Shown here: piece after piece, positions 62,657-64,000 of the stretch
Layout of the letters: each line of letters opens with the position of its first letter
How positions within the stretch are numbered: position 1 is the stretch's first letter
NCBI GenBank assembly: GCA_023920165.1
Contig: CP089274.1
Span: 5,518,001-5,582,000, forward strand
Reading direction: 5' to 3'
Length of the DNA stretch: 64,000 nucleotides
From: Curvularia clavata
Lineage: Eukaryota
Position numbers and translations under genes: made by a program
The notes under the pieces: generated by a model
Told to the model about the DNA's origin: nothing
The model's input: the letters and a program-made list of their open reading frames with translations, nothing else
Databases searched by the model: none

Positions 62657-64000
62657 ATGGCTTCACTACGATCTTGGTTTAGCATCCCTCGGGGTTCTCA
62701 CTTCTCCCTCGCCAACATCCCCTTTGGCATCATCTCCACGGCTTCGTCGACAAAACCACGTGTTGCAGTGGCCATTGGTGACCACGCCCTGGATCTCGAG
62801 GCCTTTGCAGCTAACAATGGCTTCTCGGCCCTCTCTATCATCCAACCCCACCAAGCCGTCTTCTCAGAGCCCTCGCTGAATGCGTTCGCTGCACTCGGTC
62901 GCCCTGTCCACTCAGTCGTTCGCAAGTACATCCAGAGTGTATTCTCCGAAGATACCACTTACCCAGATGTCTTGAAGAACAATTCTGCTCTTCAGAAACA
63001 AGCTCTGCTACCACGCAAGGAAGTTCGATGCCATATCCCTTTCAAGATTGGCGATTACACCGACTTCTTCGCAGGCCTGAACCATGCATACAACTGCGGT
63101 GTCATTTTCAGAGGCCCAAATGACGCTCTGCAACCAAACTACAAGCATCTGCCAGTTGGTTACCATGGCCGAGCCTCCTCAGTCGTACCCTCCGGGACGC
63201 CAATTCGACGACCTAACGGCCAGATATTACTGAACCCCACGGCAGAGAAGAAGGTACCTACATTCAGCCCCTGCAGGAAACTGGACATGGAGCTTGAGCT
63301 TGGAGCCTTTGTTTGTGGCTCAAACGAGCAAGGGACGCCAATCCCAATTGAAAAAGCAGAGGAAAACCTGTTTGGTGTAGTTCTGATGAATGACTGGTCA
63401 GCAAGAGATATCCAGGCATGGGAATATGTGCCTCTGGGGCCTTTCAACGCGAAGAACTTTGGTACCACTATCAGTACATGGGTTGTGCACGCCGATGCAC
63501 TCGAGCAATTCAAGACAAAGGGCCTTGAGAATGATACTGAGATACTACCCTACTTGAGAGAGAAGAGCCAAAACACGGCGTACGATATCAAGCTCGAAGT
63601 CGACATCAAGAGTATGGCTACCTTGCAAACCCCTTGATACGAAAAGTGACTAACCCATACTAGCGGCATCGGGCAACAAAGCCACAGTGTGCAAAACCAA
63701 CGCTCGAAACCTGATGTGGTCCTTCCCACAGATGCTCACACACCACACCGTCAACGGATGTCCTTTCCAGCCCGGCGACTTGCTGGGCTCGGGCACTATT
63801 AGCGGTACCTCTCCATCTGAGTTTGGAAGTTTCTTAGAGCAGAGCAACAATGGCAAAAATGCCATTACCATCCAGGGCGACGAGAAGAGGATATTCCTCG
63901 AGGACGGCGACGAGGTGACTATCCGAGGTGTATGCGGCACAGATGAGGAGGCTCTGGTTGGTTTCGGCGAGTGTGTCGGCTGCATTGAGCCTGCTCTGAA
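62657..64000 (+). CDS. fahA: Fumarylacetoacetase (3' end just beyond the window)
   Basis: ATG 62657; 'HFSLANIPFG', 'GDYTDFFAGLNHA', 'LPVGYHGRASS', 'MNDWSARDIQAWEYVPLGPF'. Intron 63612-63663 continues into 'GDLLGSGTISG...FLEDGDEV'. Confidence 0.97.

Overview
Gene-dense eukaryotic DNA from a filamentous ascomycete. Short GT-AG introns (about 45-140 nt) with CTRAC branch points and the protein styles suggest a Dothideomycete/Pleosporales fungus (inference). I assembled 19 intact or near-intact protein genes by hand-splicing: DIS3, VMA13, an atypical SDR, a small secreted 6-Cys peptide, RSC7/NPL6, SF3A2/PRP11, tubulin cofactor E, a JmjC oxygenase, prefoldin 5, an uncharacterised 4-exon protein, MRP20, a DUF3824-like RS-rich protein, an F-box protein, a secreted PQQ-type (AA12-like) dehydrogenase, a 1072-aa low-complexity protein, GCN20, WHI2, SAH1 and hmgA. 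A 20th gene, fahA, is divergent from hmgA and runs off the window end. There is also a small accessory-looking zone (about 9-15 kb) with a RIP-like AT-rich block and gene relics. I recognised no tRNA, rRNA, CRISPR or intact transposon. The two most interesting signals are (1) an apparent non-AUG (TTG, in optimal context) 142-aa N-terminal extension of WHI2 carrying a PPPY motif, inside an AUG-free leader, and (2) a spliced 78-aa pre-pro cysteine-rich secreted peptide that the ORF track shows only in unspliced form. All family assignments are from motif recognition, not database searches.
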